A program made the position numbers and the translations under genes. DNA of 64,000 nucleotides from Syncephalis fuscata S228 (lineage: Eukaryota; Fungi; Zoopagomycota). Below the pieces are notes generated by a model. The model saw only the letters and a program-made list of their open reading frames with translations, did not search any database and had not been told where the DNA came from. Below are positions 25,912-38,716 of the stretch, in pieces. The stretch lies in the NCBI GenBank assembly GCA_025786725.1, contig JAHLTZ010000037.1, positions 124,979-188,978 of the forward strand, in the 5' to 3' direction. The first letter of the stretch is position 1. Each line of letters opens with the position of its first letter.

Positions 25912-27819
25912 TTATCGAACTAGTTGATTACGTTCTGGTTCAAGAAGGTTCTCAACAACTGCATTAACAATTTGCTCAAGTTCTTGAGTCACTGATTGAG
26001 GATCTGGTCCGTAGTGTTCGATATACCATTTGATTTTAGGCTCTGTGCCACTTGTGCGCAAAGTAATACTGCAGCCATTTTCAAGCTGGAAGGTAATCAT
26101 TTGTGCTGATGACGAGACAGGCAGTGTAGGACGTCCATCAGGTTGGCTAGAATCGTAGCCGATGGTAAGATCGCGTATATACGCCACTTTGGCATTAGCA
26201 ATGGTTTTTGGATAGTGAAGAGCATAAGCATAGCCGGAATGTTCATTAGCAGTAGCTGGCTGGGGTGTTTCACCAAATCGTATACGATCAAATAATGTAC
26301 GAATGGTTACGGGGTCATAACATTTTACATAGGCATTATTGGAACGGAAATGGCCGTATTTCTCATAAAGCCCATTTAAATGACCACCTATTGTCTTATT
26401 GGCCGCGTATAGCCTTGCTGTTAATTGTGCAAAATAAACAAGTGCGCTAACACCATCTTTATCAGGCACTGTATCTCCAATCATATAGCCAATTGCTTCT
26501 TCATAGGCAAATGGGACGGTGTAGCCTTCAGATCGTAGACTCAGTGCACGATTACCAATCCATTTAAAGCCAGTCAAACACTCTTCAACGCGAAATCCTT
26601 CAATTTTGCTCATACGTGCTAGCATCTTTGAGGAAACTGCGCTGCATGTCATTGCAATACGTGATGGTTCGATGTATGTCGTTTGACATGGTCTTGGAAC
26701 AATGCCTCGGCAAAAATTACGCCCAATTCATTGCCAGAGAATGTTCGCCACTCGCCGCTTGCTTGACGTTCAATGGCGGTAAAACGGTCAGCATCCGGAT
26801 CATTTGCCAGAATGACCGTTGCATGCATCTCGTTAGCCACTGCTTGGGCCACATCAAGTGCACCTCGTTCCTCGGGATTTGGAAAGGCCACTGTTGGAAA
26901 GTCAGGGTCTGGCTTGCGTTGCACTTCAACTGAAGCATAAGCTGGCAAGCCAAATGTTTCAAATGCTCGGCGTGCAAATGGCTCACCAACACCGTGCATT
27001 GCCGTGTAAGCAAATCGGACAGAGCATGTGGCATTCGCCGTACGATCGCAGATAAGTGACGTGAGCGAGTCGTAATAAGCATTTGATACCTCTTCTATTG
27101 GATCAGAGCATAGTGTTGATGCGGCTGTATCCACAAGTGTTTTGTTCCATAGCCATGGCTCTAGATTCTGGTTAATTGCCTCGGCAATACCTTTATCGTG
27201 TGGTGGTATAATCTGGCAAGCATTATCCCAATAGACTTTATAGCCATTATCGTCTTTTGGATTATGCGACGCTGTAATCATCACACCACAGGCAGCCTTT
27301 AAATACTTGACACCAAATGGTACAAGTGGTGTATGCACAAGATCGTGATAATAGTAGACGCGCACTCCGCGATGCAGAAAAGCTGACGCAGTTAGTCGGG
27401 CAAACGACTCAGAGTGATGGCGATGATCGTGACCGATAACGATGCCTTTCGTTGCAGCCTGGTCTATGGTACGCAGTACATAATCACATAGGCCCTGTGA
27501 GGCTTGAAGAACGGTAAGATCATTCATACAAGCGAATCCCGGTGCCATACGGGCCCGCAGACCTAATAACACAGCGGTATAAGCATTTATTTACACTAAA
27601 TAAGCCAGTTATTACCAGCAGTGCCAAATGCGATGCGTGGCATCATCAGAGCAGTTAATGCTGACACTCACTAGCATCAACAAGTGCTTGCACGGCAGCA
27701 TGAGTTTCGGGATTCTGTAGATGGCTTTAGTTTAGTATTTGTCAGTACACATAGCTATGCAAAGTTACCTGGTCCATACGAAGCCATTGCTCTGCTAAAG
27801 TGGCCAGTTGAGTATTCAT
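25912..27819 (-). CDS. PGM2: Phosphoglucomutase-2 / phosphopentomutase-type alpha-D-phosphohexomutase
   Basis: FGTAGLR, MITASHNPKDDNGYK catalytic Ser loop, DPDADR metal loop, GFKWIG, YEEAIGY, RTSGTEPKIK; apparent 1-nt deletions near 27668 and 26675. Confidence 0.9.
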
Positions 27820-29182
27820 ATTGGCTATTCAAGGATATAGAAATAGATGGTTGGTAAAGGTTCTATTTTTTATGAGTCATAACAATGCAAATGCTATGTA
27901 CTCGTGTTACTTGGAATGATATATTTAGTAACATGAATCGATGTGTTTATTTTTATTCTAATCTCATTCACTATTAGCTGTGTAGGTTGTAAGTAGTTGG
28001 TTTACTGAGATATAAAAAAAGAATAAAACTATTGAATTCAAAAATAAACAAATAACTAGCCATATGCAACTAAAATGACTATTTGCATTTCTTTGTAGCA
28101 ATTTCTGTGCTTGTCTACGATATATCATAATCTCTCAAGTCAGTATACTGATGCAACTGCTGTCAAGTCCAAGTGTGTATTGGAAGAATAATAAAACAAC
28201 ATGGTTTAACGCCACTGTCCCATAAACACTAGTTTACCGCCTATTGAGTTATTTCATAGACTATTACCACATTAAGCCATTTATCCTTTGTCTCCACAAT
28301 TCAACTGTATTTGTCCTTATTATCCAGATAAATACAGCGATCTCAATGGAGTAAATAAATACTGGCTTGTAGTGCAATTTATACGTGAGATTCATTTATA
28401 CCATAATGATGAATTTTATAGCAGCAATACAAACCTACAAATTGTCTATCTACTTTTTATTTGAGCTGATAAATAATATACAATTGTTTAACTAGTTAAA
28501 TTAAATAACATTATAGCTAACAACATAAAAGTGCCAATTATACAATGTTCAACGATACAGTATTTATTTCATAATATTGCATACATTCAAACTGAATGAT
28601 GCAATAACGCTGTTATATACAATCTATATCATTTGCGAATAAGCAACAATCTAATAGTAGTTTTGTGTTAATCAAATGACGACTTTATTAAGTAATAATG
28701 ATTACATATTAACAATAATTTGAGTACTTATAGTATACCTGTAAATAATTAAATACTAATTGCTATTTGAATGATAATAGCATTAAAATTACTTTAGTTT
28801 ACATTGTTTACTAACATAGCGCATTTGTACAAGTTTATTGTCAATATAATAAACTATTAATGTTTGCTAGTCTTTGTAAGCAAATGGAATATGAACATAG
28901 CTATAAGAGCTTAATCAAACATAATTAGAGTGAAACCATATGTTTATTACTATAAGTCTGCATAGCTGAGTGTGTACAGAAAAATAGAGACATGTTGGCA
29001 ATATAGTGGGTCCATCGATTAAGAGTTGAATAAACCGGAGAATTAGTTGGAATTTGATATATGAATGGACTGAATGGCGTAGTTGTCAAATGAGCTTGAT
29101 TTTTGCCGAATATATACCTAAAATATATGTAACTTGCAGTCCAACCATACTACCAATACTAATATCTTGGATGCACCGGTTA

Positions 29183-31566
29183 TTCTATAATCATAAAACA
29201 TATATAAAATATCATATGATTAGCGTATGAGTTAACACTGTAAGTTGCTACTTACAAGCTATTATTACAAATGGGCAATTACATACAGCACATGGTATAT
29301 ATTTAGTGCATAGTTGATTATAGTATATAATACCACTTACGAGCTATTAGTGCAAATCATCAAACACATACAATACATAACATATGCTTAGCGCATAATT
29401 AATTAGTATAAAATAACACTTACTAGCTATTGATACAAATGGTCAAGCACATACGGCAGGTGGCATATATTTAGTGCATAGTTGATTAGTATACAATACC
29501 ACTTACGAGCTATCAATGCAAGTTATCAAGCACGCGCAGTGTATGATGTATGTTTAGCGTATAGTTAGTTATACATAATATTACTTACTAACTATTAATG
29601 CAAATTATTAAGCATGCAGTATACATGGCATATGCTTAGCGTATAGTTAATTAATATATATTGTTATTTACCAGCTATTAATACAAAATATCAAATACAC
29701 AAAATGCATGGTCTATGTTTAGCACATAGCTAATTAGTATAAAATGTCACTTACTGCCTATTAATACAAATTATTAAACATGCATTGTACATGGTATATG
29801 TTTATCGCGTAATTGATTAATATACTATATTACTTACGTCCTATTAATACAAATTGTTGTAAGTAAAAAGCATGGTATTTGTTTAGTGTGTAGTCAATTA
29901 GTATACAATGCCACTTACCAGCTATTAATACAAATTATTGAGTACACAGAGTGTATAAAATATTTTTAGTATGTAGTTAATTGATATATAGTGTTATTTA
30001 CCAGCTATTAATACAAATTATTAAATACACAGAGCGTATAAAATATTTTTAGCACATAGTTAGTTGGTATACAATGTCACTTACAACCTATTAATACAAA
30101 ATATTGAGCATGCATTGTATATGACATATACTTAGTGTATAGTTTTGTTATAAAATATCACTTACCAGCTATTGATACAAATTATCAAACACGCACGTAT
30201 ATAATATATGTTTAGCACGTAGTTAGTTAGTATACAATACCACTTACATTCTATTAATATAAATTATTAAGCACATACAGCACATGGTATATGTTCAACG
30301 CATAGTTAATTGATATAATATCACTTACTAGTTATTACTATAAATGGTCAAGTACATACAGCACATGGCATATGTTTAACGTATAATCAATTAGTATATA
30401 GTGTTACTTACTTCCTATTAATGCAACCCATCAAACACACAAAGTGCATGGTATATATTTAACGTATATTTAGTTAATATACAATACTACTTACGGCCTA
30501 TTAATACAAGTAATTAAACACGTAAAGTGTACGATGTATATTTAGTATATAGCTAATCAATATGCAGTACCACTTACCATCTATTAATACAAGCCATCAA
30601 ACACACAAAATGCATGATATATATTTAACGTATATTTAGTTAATATACAATGCCACTTACTTTCTATTAATGCAGGTTATCAAACACGCAAAGTGTACGG
30701 TGTATGTTTAGTATATAGCTAATCAATATGCAGTACCACTTACCATCTATTAATACAAATTATTAAATACACAGAGTGCATAATATATATTTAGTATGTA
30801 GTCAATTAGTATACAATGCCACTTACCGACTATTAAAATTATTAGACATGCATTGTACATGGAATATGTTTAGTGTATAGTTAATTGATATAAAATATCA
30901 CTTACCAGCTATTAATATAGGTTATTAGACACACATAGTCCATGATATATGTTTAGCGTATAGTTAATTAGTATATGATGTTACTTACGAACTATTAAAA
31001 TTATTAGGCATACATTGTACATGGCATATGTTTAGCGTATAGTTAATTGATATAAAATATCACTTACCAGCTATTAATATAGGTTATTAGACACACATAG
31101 TCCATGATATATGTTTAGCGTATAGTTAATTAGTATATGATGTTACTTACGAACTATTAAAATTATTAGGCATACATTGTACATGGCATATGTTTAGCGT
31201 ATAGTTAATTCGTATATAATGCTACTTGCCTTCTATTAATACAAATTATCAAATACACATAGTCCATGATATATGTTCAGTGCATAGTCAATTAATACAC
31301 AACATCACTTACGAGCTATCAATAAAAGTTGTTAAACACATACAGTAGATAACATATAATTAGTATATAAATGATTGATATACAATATAACTTACGCTCT
31401 ATTGACGTTAGTTTGTTGACAAAAAATAATATTTAGCCAAGTGAATAGCTAACTATTGTAACTGCAACATACCACGACGGGCTAGAACTGGCTTAGCATC
31501 CACCATAGCTGTAGCGGCTATCAAAGCCACAATGACGGTGCAGACGACGGCAATAGAAAGCTTCAT
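29183..31566 (-). CDS. Small secreted prepropeptide encoded by 29 exons including 27 micro-exons; predicted MKLSIAVVCTVIVALIAATAMVDAKPVLARREPQVPVPVDENGRIITKSGSAGRTVTPTP*
   Basis: Exon 1 31566-31473 (signal peptide, donor GTATGT); repeated ...ATAG|NNN|GTAAGT units; open frame across all junctions; stop T|AA at terminal exon acceptor 29185. Confidence 0.8.
29185..31400 (-). repeat. Tandem array of ~27 degenerate 79-85-bp units (mode 83 bp); each unit = intron + 3-nt exon
   Basis: Recurrent plus-strand cacttac-NNN-ctattaatac at 79-85-bp spacing. Confidence 0.95.
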
Positions 31567-32779
31567 GGTGATATTGATTTGTTAAGACAAACAAGTAGAA
31601 TGAACGATAGATTGTAGTAGTATAAAGTAGGTAGTAGTGAGTGGTTGTCAGAAAGCAGAAAACGATGATGATACTGCTAGTTAGTTGTATGTATTTTGTG
31701 AGCTATTTAAGTCTATGTTTATTTTAAAGCATCAGCAATTTATTTTATAAAATATGCCATTGGAGCGCAATGTGAACCAATAAAATGCATTGACATGATA
31801 GTTTGAAGCACGGGTATAATGCTAGAATAATGACCTATTACCGTGTAGCTTAGCCTTTGTTCTGACCGGTTTGCCCTTACACCAATGATACAACAATATC
31901 AATAGTCCAATACACATATGTAGGGACTTGTCTATTGATGTGTACCCTATCGGTACACAACTCGACTATTCAATGCAAACTAAATCTATTGGTTCTACAG
32001 AAGCAGTGACGATGCATCTTCGTGCTTTTATTGCTGCTTCACCAAAAACATTCTAATCCCAATATCTGCATCATTTCAAACTACACATAACTTAAAAAAT
32101 AGCGCATTGTCATTGAACATACCTCGATATAAGCTTTTTTATGAAATTAGTTTTGTTTGACACCAAACTACATTCTCTTCATTTTATAAATGACCACACG
32201 TTTATTAATAGCTGGTAAATAAAAGCTATTTATTCCTCTTTCAAACTGCATGACACCGATACAAAACCAGCATCAATAAACTGAGCTTGTACTTTTCTAC
32301 ATGTCTATACTGTTGTGCATAAACTAATTGCAATTGTTAAATCATGCACTATATTGATTGGTTCACGTGGCCATTCTACTTGACATTGCGGCTTAAACTA
32401 CAAGAATTACCAGTTCATTTCTAGCCCTGTGCTACCAATCATTAATACAGGCCTTATCGCTACCAGTCAATTCCTGTTATTAATTATTGGCTGCTGCGTA
32501 ATGGTATTCCCGATAATGAAGCATTGGACTCGAGTATTGATGTTGTTGATTGATTGATTATAAAATAATGTAAAGACGCTAGAGTTTATTCATCAGACCA
32601 TTTTAGTTGAATATATGTCTATTATTGCTAAAATGGATAGTTCAATTGTGTTTGTATCTACGTAATTAATTATCACGTATTAATGGCTACGAAAGAAAAG
32701 CTATTTTTAATTAAACTAAAAATAAAATATAATGGCGATAACATCAAAATGAACTAAACATATGTACTGTATAACGTTA

Positions 32780-34515
32780 CTACGGAATACGTACTGAGCG
32801 AATTACGTGGTCATTTGTCGTCATCTCTTCTTGTAGATTTATGTAAACTAGTTGATACTGCCTAGCTTTAGATATTTTGATTGTATCACACCGGAAAGCA
32901 TTAAGCCATCGTTGAGGACGTCGATTAAGATCCATGGGCACCGGTATCGCTGGATCAAACAATAGCAGATATTGAGTTCCATTTGCCAGTTGCTCCAGAC
33001 CTACAATACAACGGCTATGTCCTGTAAACAACTGTATTAATGCCCATTGCTTCAATAATCAATAATACAATACCTTGATGTTGCAAGTAAAGAGGTGGCT
33101 TTTGTGTATAGTAGATCCTATTGGTGCTTGAACGTTGTGATAAAGGATGATTGTCTACATCAAAATATTCCTGGACTACACGAAATAGTTCATCATGTTG
33201 TCCTCGAGGACCACTTGGGCAATGAAAGTCAATAATATGGCATCTAGTAACAATATTAATATTAGTAATCTTTTCGATTAAACACTGCTTACTTGACGCC
33301 AAGATATGAAAAAAACGTGTACATCTCCGTGGCTCCAATCCATTTGCTTGTTCCTTGTAAATGATAGCCAAGTTGCTGCGCGCCTGCCATATCCCAACCT
33401 ATTATTGAGCTTTTTAATGCTGAACGTAGATTGAGTATCTTTGTGTACCTACCCTGTTGCCATGCTTCCTCGATATGCCGTTGGATTTCCGATATTTCCA
33501 TTACATGGGATATTCGCTCGGGGCACAGCGATACTAGTACAGACATAAACATTTGTATATTACGATAGCCACAGCCCCAACGTTGATCTTGACGGCCACT
33601 AGGAATGTGCACTATACCAGTATGACATAGATTTGCTGAGCCTATCAATCGTTGTTGCATTACTGGCAGTACACCTAGTAGTATATAAATATAAACATTA
33701 AAGTTTAGCAATTAACATTTTACTCATTTACCTAGTGTAACGCATGTTTGATGCAAATAAGCATTGCAAAATTCTGTTGCTATATTTTCTTCTTCTGTTG
33801 GAAGTTCTACTTTAGTATTAGCCGTCTAGTTCATCAATTAATTAAATATATATGTAAGATAAATGGCTTTATTAATACCTGTATGGAGTTTTCTTCAGCC
33901 AATTCGATAATAATAGTTTCATCAAAGTTATCGATTTGTTGTTGTACTTTTTGTGCCAAGTGCAAATCTTTATGGCTAGTCCATTGGTCTTTAGGTACTA
34001 AATATTACTTGCCAATTAATTATGAGCGTTTTGTTGTCTACACTGCCTACCTAACTGTTTACAACATTCACAGAGATGGGCAGTGGACTTTGATGAAGAT
34101 ACTTGTTCTGAATCTTGTTTAGTTTTATTATCTTGTGATATAAAATGCATCTCAACATGGAGTTCACGTTCATGCAATGATCCTGTTAGCGCAAGCTGGC
34201 AAACTGGACATTCAGATATTAAAGCATTGCAAGCATCTTCTGTAGTTGTTATGTCACCCATCATTGATTCTATAATGTTAAATTAATTATTAAACGAAGT
34301 GCAATACAACTATCTACTATTTAGTTGGTAGTTTTAAAATCCTACTGACCAGAAATTATGGTATCATTATAGTCTAGGTCGTTGAAATGCTCGTTAACAT
34401 GATGGAGAAAAGCCGGTTCATCTCCTAAAAAATCAGACTGACATATAGGACATTGCCGCCTATCGTCAGCTTCGTCAGTAGTATTGGAATAAAAATGCTT
34501 ATGCCAATCATCCAT
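32780..34515 (-). CDS. ZUP1: ZUP1/ZUFSP/Mug105-like peptidase family C78 with N-terminal zinc fingers, multi-exon
   Basis: DQRWGCGYRNIQM catalytic Cys motif, KWIGATE, PLYLQHQGHSRCIVG, LLLFDP; N-terminal CPICQ..H..H and CPVCQ..H..H fingers. Confidence 0.85.
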
Positions 34516-35403
34516 GCTTTCTTTTCTTGATATTACCGCGTGTAATATACAAACTAAAAATTTAAGTTGATGTAACGCCTCCTTCTGAGCGCTGCAATAG
34601 TTATGCTAGTATGTTGAATTGTAGTCGAAGGGAATAAGAGTGTGATATAGGTCATAGAATATGGCCAAAATATCCCATTCTAAATCAACAAATACATGGG
34701 CCTCAATAAAAAAAAAAGAAAACTTGAAAAACTAGTTTACAGCCAAGTATCCAGTATAAATACCACTGTGTTACTACTAACTGCGCTGTCTTTTATGTCT
34801 TACCTTTTTATTTCTTTTCTTTCATGTTTTACTTCAATGTTAATCAAGTCAGACATTGCTAATATTCAATTATTTTATTACATCATTTATTTTAACTACC
34901 ATGATAACAGTATTCCGTTTTTGATGATATTATAATTGTATGTGCCACTCATTATTCTAAATAAAATTTATTATAATAAAATAAATATAGGTCAAAATAT
35001 AACGTATATCGTTTGTTATAAAATAAAATAAAATAATTTTATAGCTATTCAAGGACAAAAATAAACAAAATAGCAATAGGATCATCAGTAATATTGAGCA
35101 TAGTCGACGTAATTATAAATGCTATAATACAATAATGGTCAATTAGTTGCCATATCTATATACTACTACAATCAATTAATTAAAATACTAAAAAAGTGTA
35201 CATCGCGTTACTATTATTACGATACTATGTCATATTATTATAACAATTTGACTAATTATATTATATAGTTAAACAATACACCATACGTGAATGGTTTTAA
35301 GAATAGCAGATATATCGGATAGCAACACCAACTACCATCTTCATTTAAACACTTTACTATTGACTTATAATAGTTAAGGACAGCTTAACAAAAGCAATTA
35401 TAA

Positions 35404-36357
35404 TGTAATTAGGTGGTAAAAGACAATGTAATGTGAATTAAAAAACAATCATAGCTATTTAATTAAAAAGCTTTATTAATATTTTGTATAGCTTTACGTA
35501 GAATAAAGCAAATTGTCTGATATTTTGCACAGATATACGTATAACATATAGCTAACTATTGGCAAAGTATACTGTAACTATATTGCATGACGGTGTAATA
35601 ATTGTGATAATACACTAATAAATGTGCAAAAATAACAGTTTCTAGTCATTCATGGCTTATATACTTAAAATACAGCAAAATGATTGCCGAATTTGAATTC
35701 TCCATGCTTAGCTATACAGATTGGCATAAGCAATGGAACAATGGTTTTTGCAGCAAAATTTAGTCGAAAATGCAATTTACGTGTTATTAATTAACAAAAT
35801 TGATTAAACTTTATGCTTTCAAACATTAAATACTAAAATGAGATTTAATCTAAAGTAAATTTAAAACACTTTAAAGTAATCAAACAAGCATAAAGAAGCT
35901 GCTATTAAAAATACTGATATACTGTGACAATCCATGCCATATACATATACATAGCGTAAAGTTTTGTTAATTAATAACACGTAAATTGCATTTTCGACTA
36001 AATTTTGCTGCAAAAATCATTGTTCCATTGCTTATGCCAATCTGTATAGCTAAGCATGGAGAATTCAAATTCGGCAATCATTTTGCTGTATTTTAAGTAT
36101 ATAAGCCATGAATGACTAGAAACTGTTATTTTTGCACATTTATTAGTGTATTATCACAATTATTACACCGTCATGCAATATAGTTACAGTATACTTTGCC
36201 AATAGTTAGCTATATGTTATACGTATATCTGTGCAAAATATCAGACAATTTGCTTTATTCTACGTAAAGCTATACAAAATATTAATAAAGATTTTTAATT
36301 AAATAGCTATGATTGTTTTTTAATTCACATTACATTGTCTTTTACCACCTAATTACA
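35404..36357. repeat. Long inverted repeat: arms 35404-35799 and 35962-36357 (~396 bp, near-identical), 162-bp spacer
   Basis: Arms are reverse complements; I found only two mismatches by eye. Confidence 0.93.
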
Positions 36358-37172
36358 ATCGCCTTATTTTTTTAGTATTCTGCATATTATCGTAGCATTG
36401 AAACACTAATCTTATATTTAAAATTCTGATTTAGTGTTTTATCGGTCTTTCAAGGTATTCTTGCTGTAGTCATAGCTATGAGAAATAAAATATTACATTT
36501 TTGGGATGGGCATATTACTACCATTTCAATATTATGATTATATTGCTATGGTGATGTGACGAAAAAGTGTATAATTTGCTTGGATAATCTCCAGTATGTG
36601 AATAGTTATGTGAGCTGATAGTGCTGCGTTAATGATGCATGGTACAAAGCATTCAAGTTCAGCTATTAGCTTATTTATTATAAATGATAGCTTTATTTAA
36701 TATCAATAAAAATATTATTGGTTTCTAGTCCCATTCTATCTCTTTTTAGTGTCATACAAAATTATTCGGTTTATTATAGTTAAACTATGATAATTCATGA
36801 CCAATATACAATAAACTTATTATTAAAATCAATATCAATAAACATATTGTATTCTAAGCGTTAATTCAAGCTTTAATAAGCATTATAAATTAACGTTATC
36901 AGCTAAGGTGTTGCTTGGTCATTTAAGTTAAGGTTTTTAAATCAAAACTATAGCAAAATGAATATTTAAATAAAAAGAGCAATATGAATGCTAAAAATAT
37001 ATTTTCACAAACATTTAGTTAAACTTTGTTTATTGTTATCATACTATATTCCAGTGACTTATTTATATTTGAATTACTATGTTTGTTAGCACAGTATCAA
37101 GTTAATAAATTATAACATATATTTTTTATTAAAATAGTATTTGTTATTTTAATTATATTGCTAAACAAAATT

Positions 37173-37505
37173 TTATTTATATTTTAATTGTAAATTATTA
37201 TTCTGTAGCCAATCAACGGTATTCTTAAAGGCTGTAATGCGACTTGAACGCTTACAAATGAGTAATTCTACTGTTTGCAAAATCAATTTCAATTTAGCAA
37301 TAATAATAGTTAATTGTCGTGCTTCTAGTATCTCAGTCTTTGCTTTGAAGCTAACTTCACTGATGGCTTTTGCATATGTGTCCCAGCTGGATGTATACTT
37401 AATTTGCAAATTAGCCAAATCACTGTTGGTCAAGATATATATCGAATTGTCTATTGATTCATTATCATAACCGCATGTGTTGTAGCTAATGCCATCAACA
37501 TTCAC
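37173..37505 (-). CDS. Hypothetical ORF or gene fragment in AT-rich region
   Basis: 110-aa ORF with plausible composition; no recognisable motif. Confidence 0.2.
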   Translation of the reverse strand: MNVDGISYNTCGYDNESIDNSIYILTNSDLANLQIKYTSSWDTYAKAISEVSFKAKTEILEARQLTIIIAKLKLILQTVELLICKRSSRITAFKNTVDWLQNNNLQLKYK

Positions 37506-38716
37506 TATTTTTTTAAACTTGAAATAGTTACTTTACTGTTTTCACTTGAATGTAAAGCAATTAAAATATATTAGTCAATAGTTGTTGCCGTTGCTTTACC
37601 GGTATTTGAATTTTGATTAACAAAATATCTATAACAAGCGACTAGTGAGTAAAACATTATTTAAAAAGCGCTTACTTTGCGGCTTCAAGTCTCTATGTAC
37701 AATACGAGCTTGATATAAATAGCTGTGCCTAGTAAAGACTACTAAACTGTATTGTTCTATTGCTTAGCAGTTGCCTTTAAGTAACTGGGATATGATTTTA
37801 TAAATTGGCATAATATTTTCGTAGATTGACTTTTCTTAGGCATATTATTTAGTGAATCGCCACCAACAAAGCTATAAACAATGCATAATGTATCTTCCTT
37901 AGTATTAAACGTATAAAATGCACACTGTAATTTTTTTTGATCAATTGAATTAGACTCGGTTAGTGTACTTTAAGCTTTAAATAATGTCTAGTATTTATAT
38001 TTAGTCGATACAGCTAATGATATAATATACTGAATAACACACTGTAGCTTTAAGAGAACACCTTGACTACACTTTACAAAAAACTGGATGGCCATGCCAT
38101 TTGGCACTAGCAAAACTTGATCAAGCATTCCTTCAAGCTAATTGATATTAATAAAGCCTCTATTTATACTAGCAAATGTCTAAAAATACCAAGAATAAAT
38201 TAATATAATAGTTGACTAAGCTCATTTGCCAATCATCTGTCCAAAACCACCAAAAATCATTTTCGTTTTTTGTAGTTTATTATTTTTACAAGTACTCATT
38301 CTGTGCTATATACAATGGCTGTAAAACATATGCAATACGATACTTGCTTTTTAAAATATTATAATCTATAATAAACCTATTACGATGTGTTTTCAAAATT
38401 ATCTTTATTGCTTATCAGTTTATTTAAAGTATCAACGTGCAACAGGTTAAGTATTGTGTTCAGTTTTATTTGCCCGTTTTCATTATAGCGGTTGCTTATT
38501 TTTTCCAAACAAAGAAAGATTAATAAAAATTATAATATTATAATAATTTGTCACATTTAAAACGATTAGCAATAATAGCAAACTATTTAGTAATTGAATT
38601 AATTAATTATATAATAATAAACCAATTTTACAACAATTAATAAATAAACACACTGATTATAATTGAGCATTACTTTATTGCTAATAGCTCAATAGGCGTA
38701 CACCTGTTGTTGTTGT

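Noticed and set aside
29118-29150. Additional intron in the 3' UTR of the micro-exon gene
   Set aside because: GTATG...TAG spans only ~33 nt, shorter than other introns here; unsupported
29185-31400. CRISPR-like array or plain satellite/minisatellite
   Set aside because: Eukaryotic context, no cas genes and no unique spacers; the conserved parts are splice signals and the units join into an open frame behind a signal peptide
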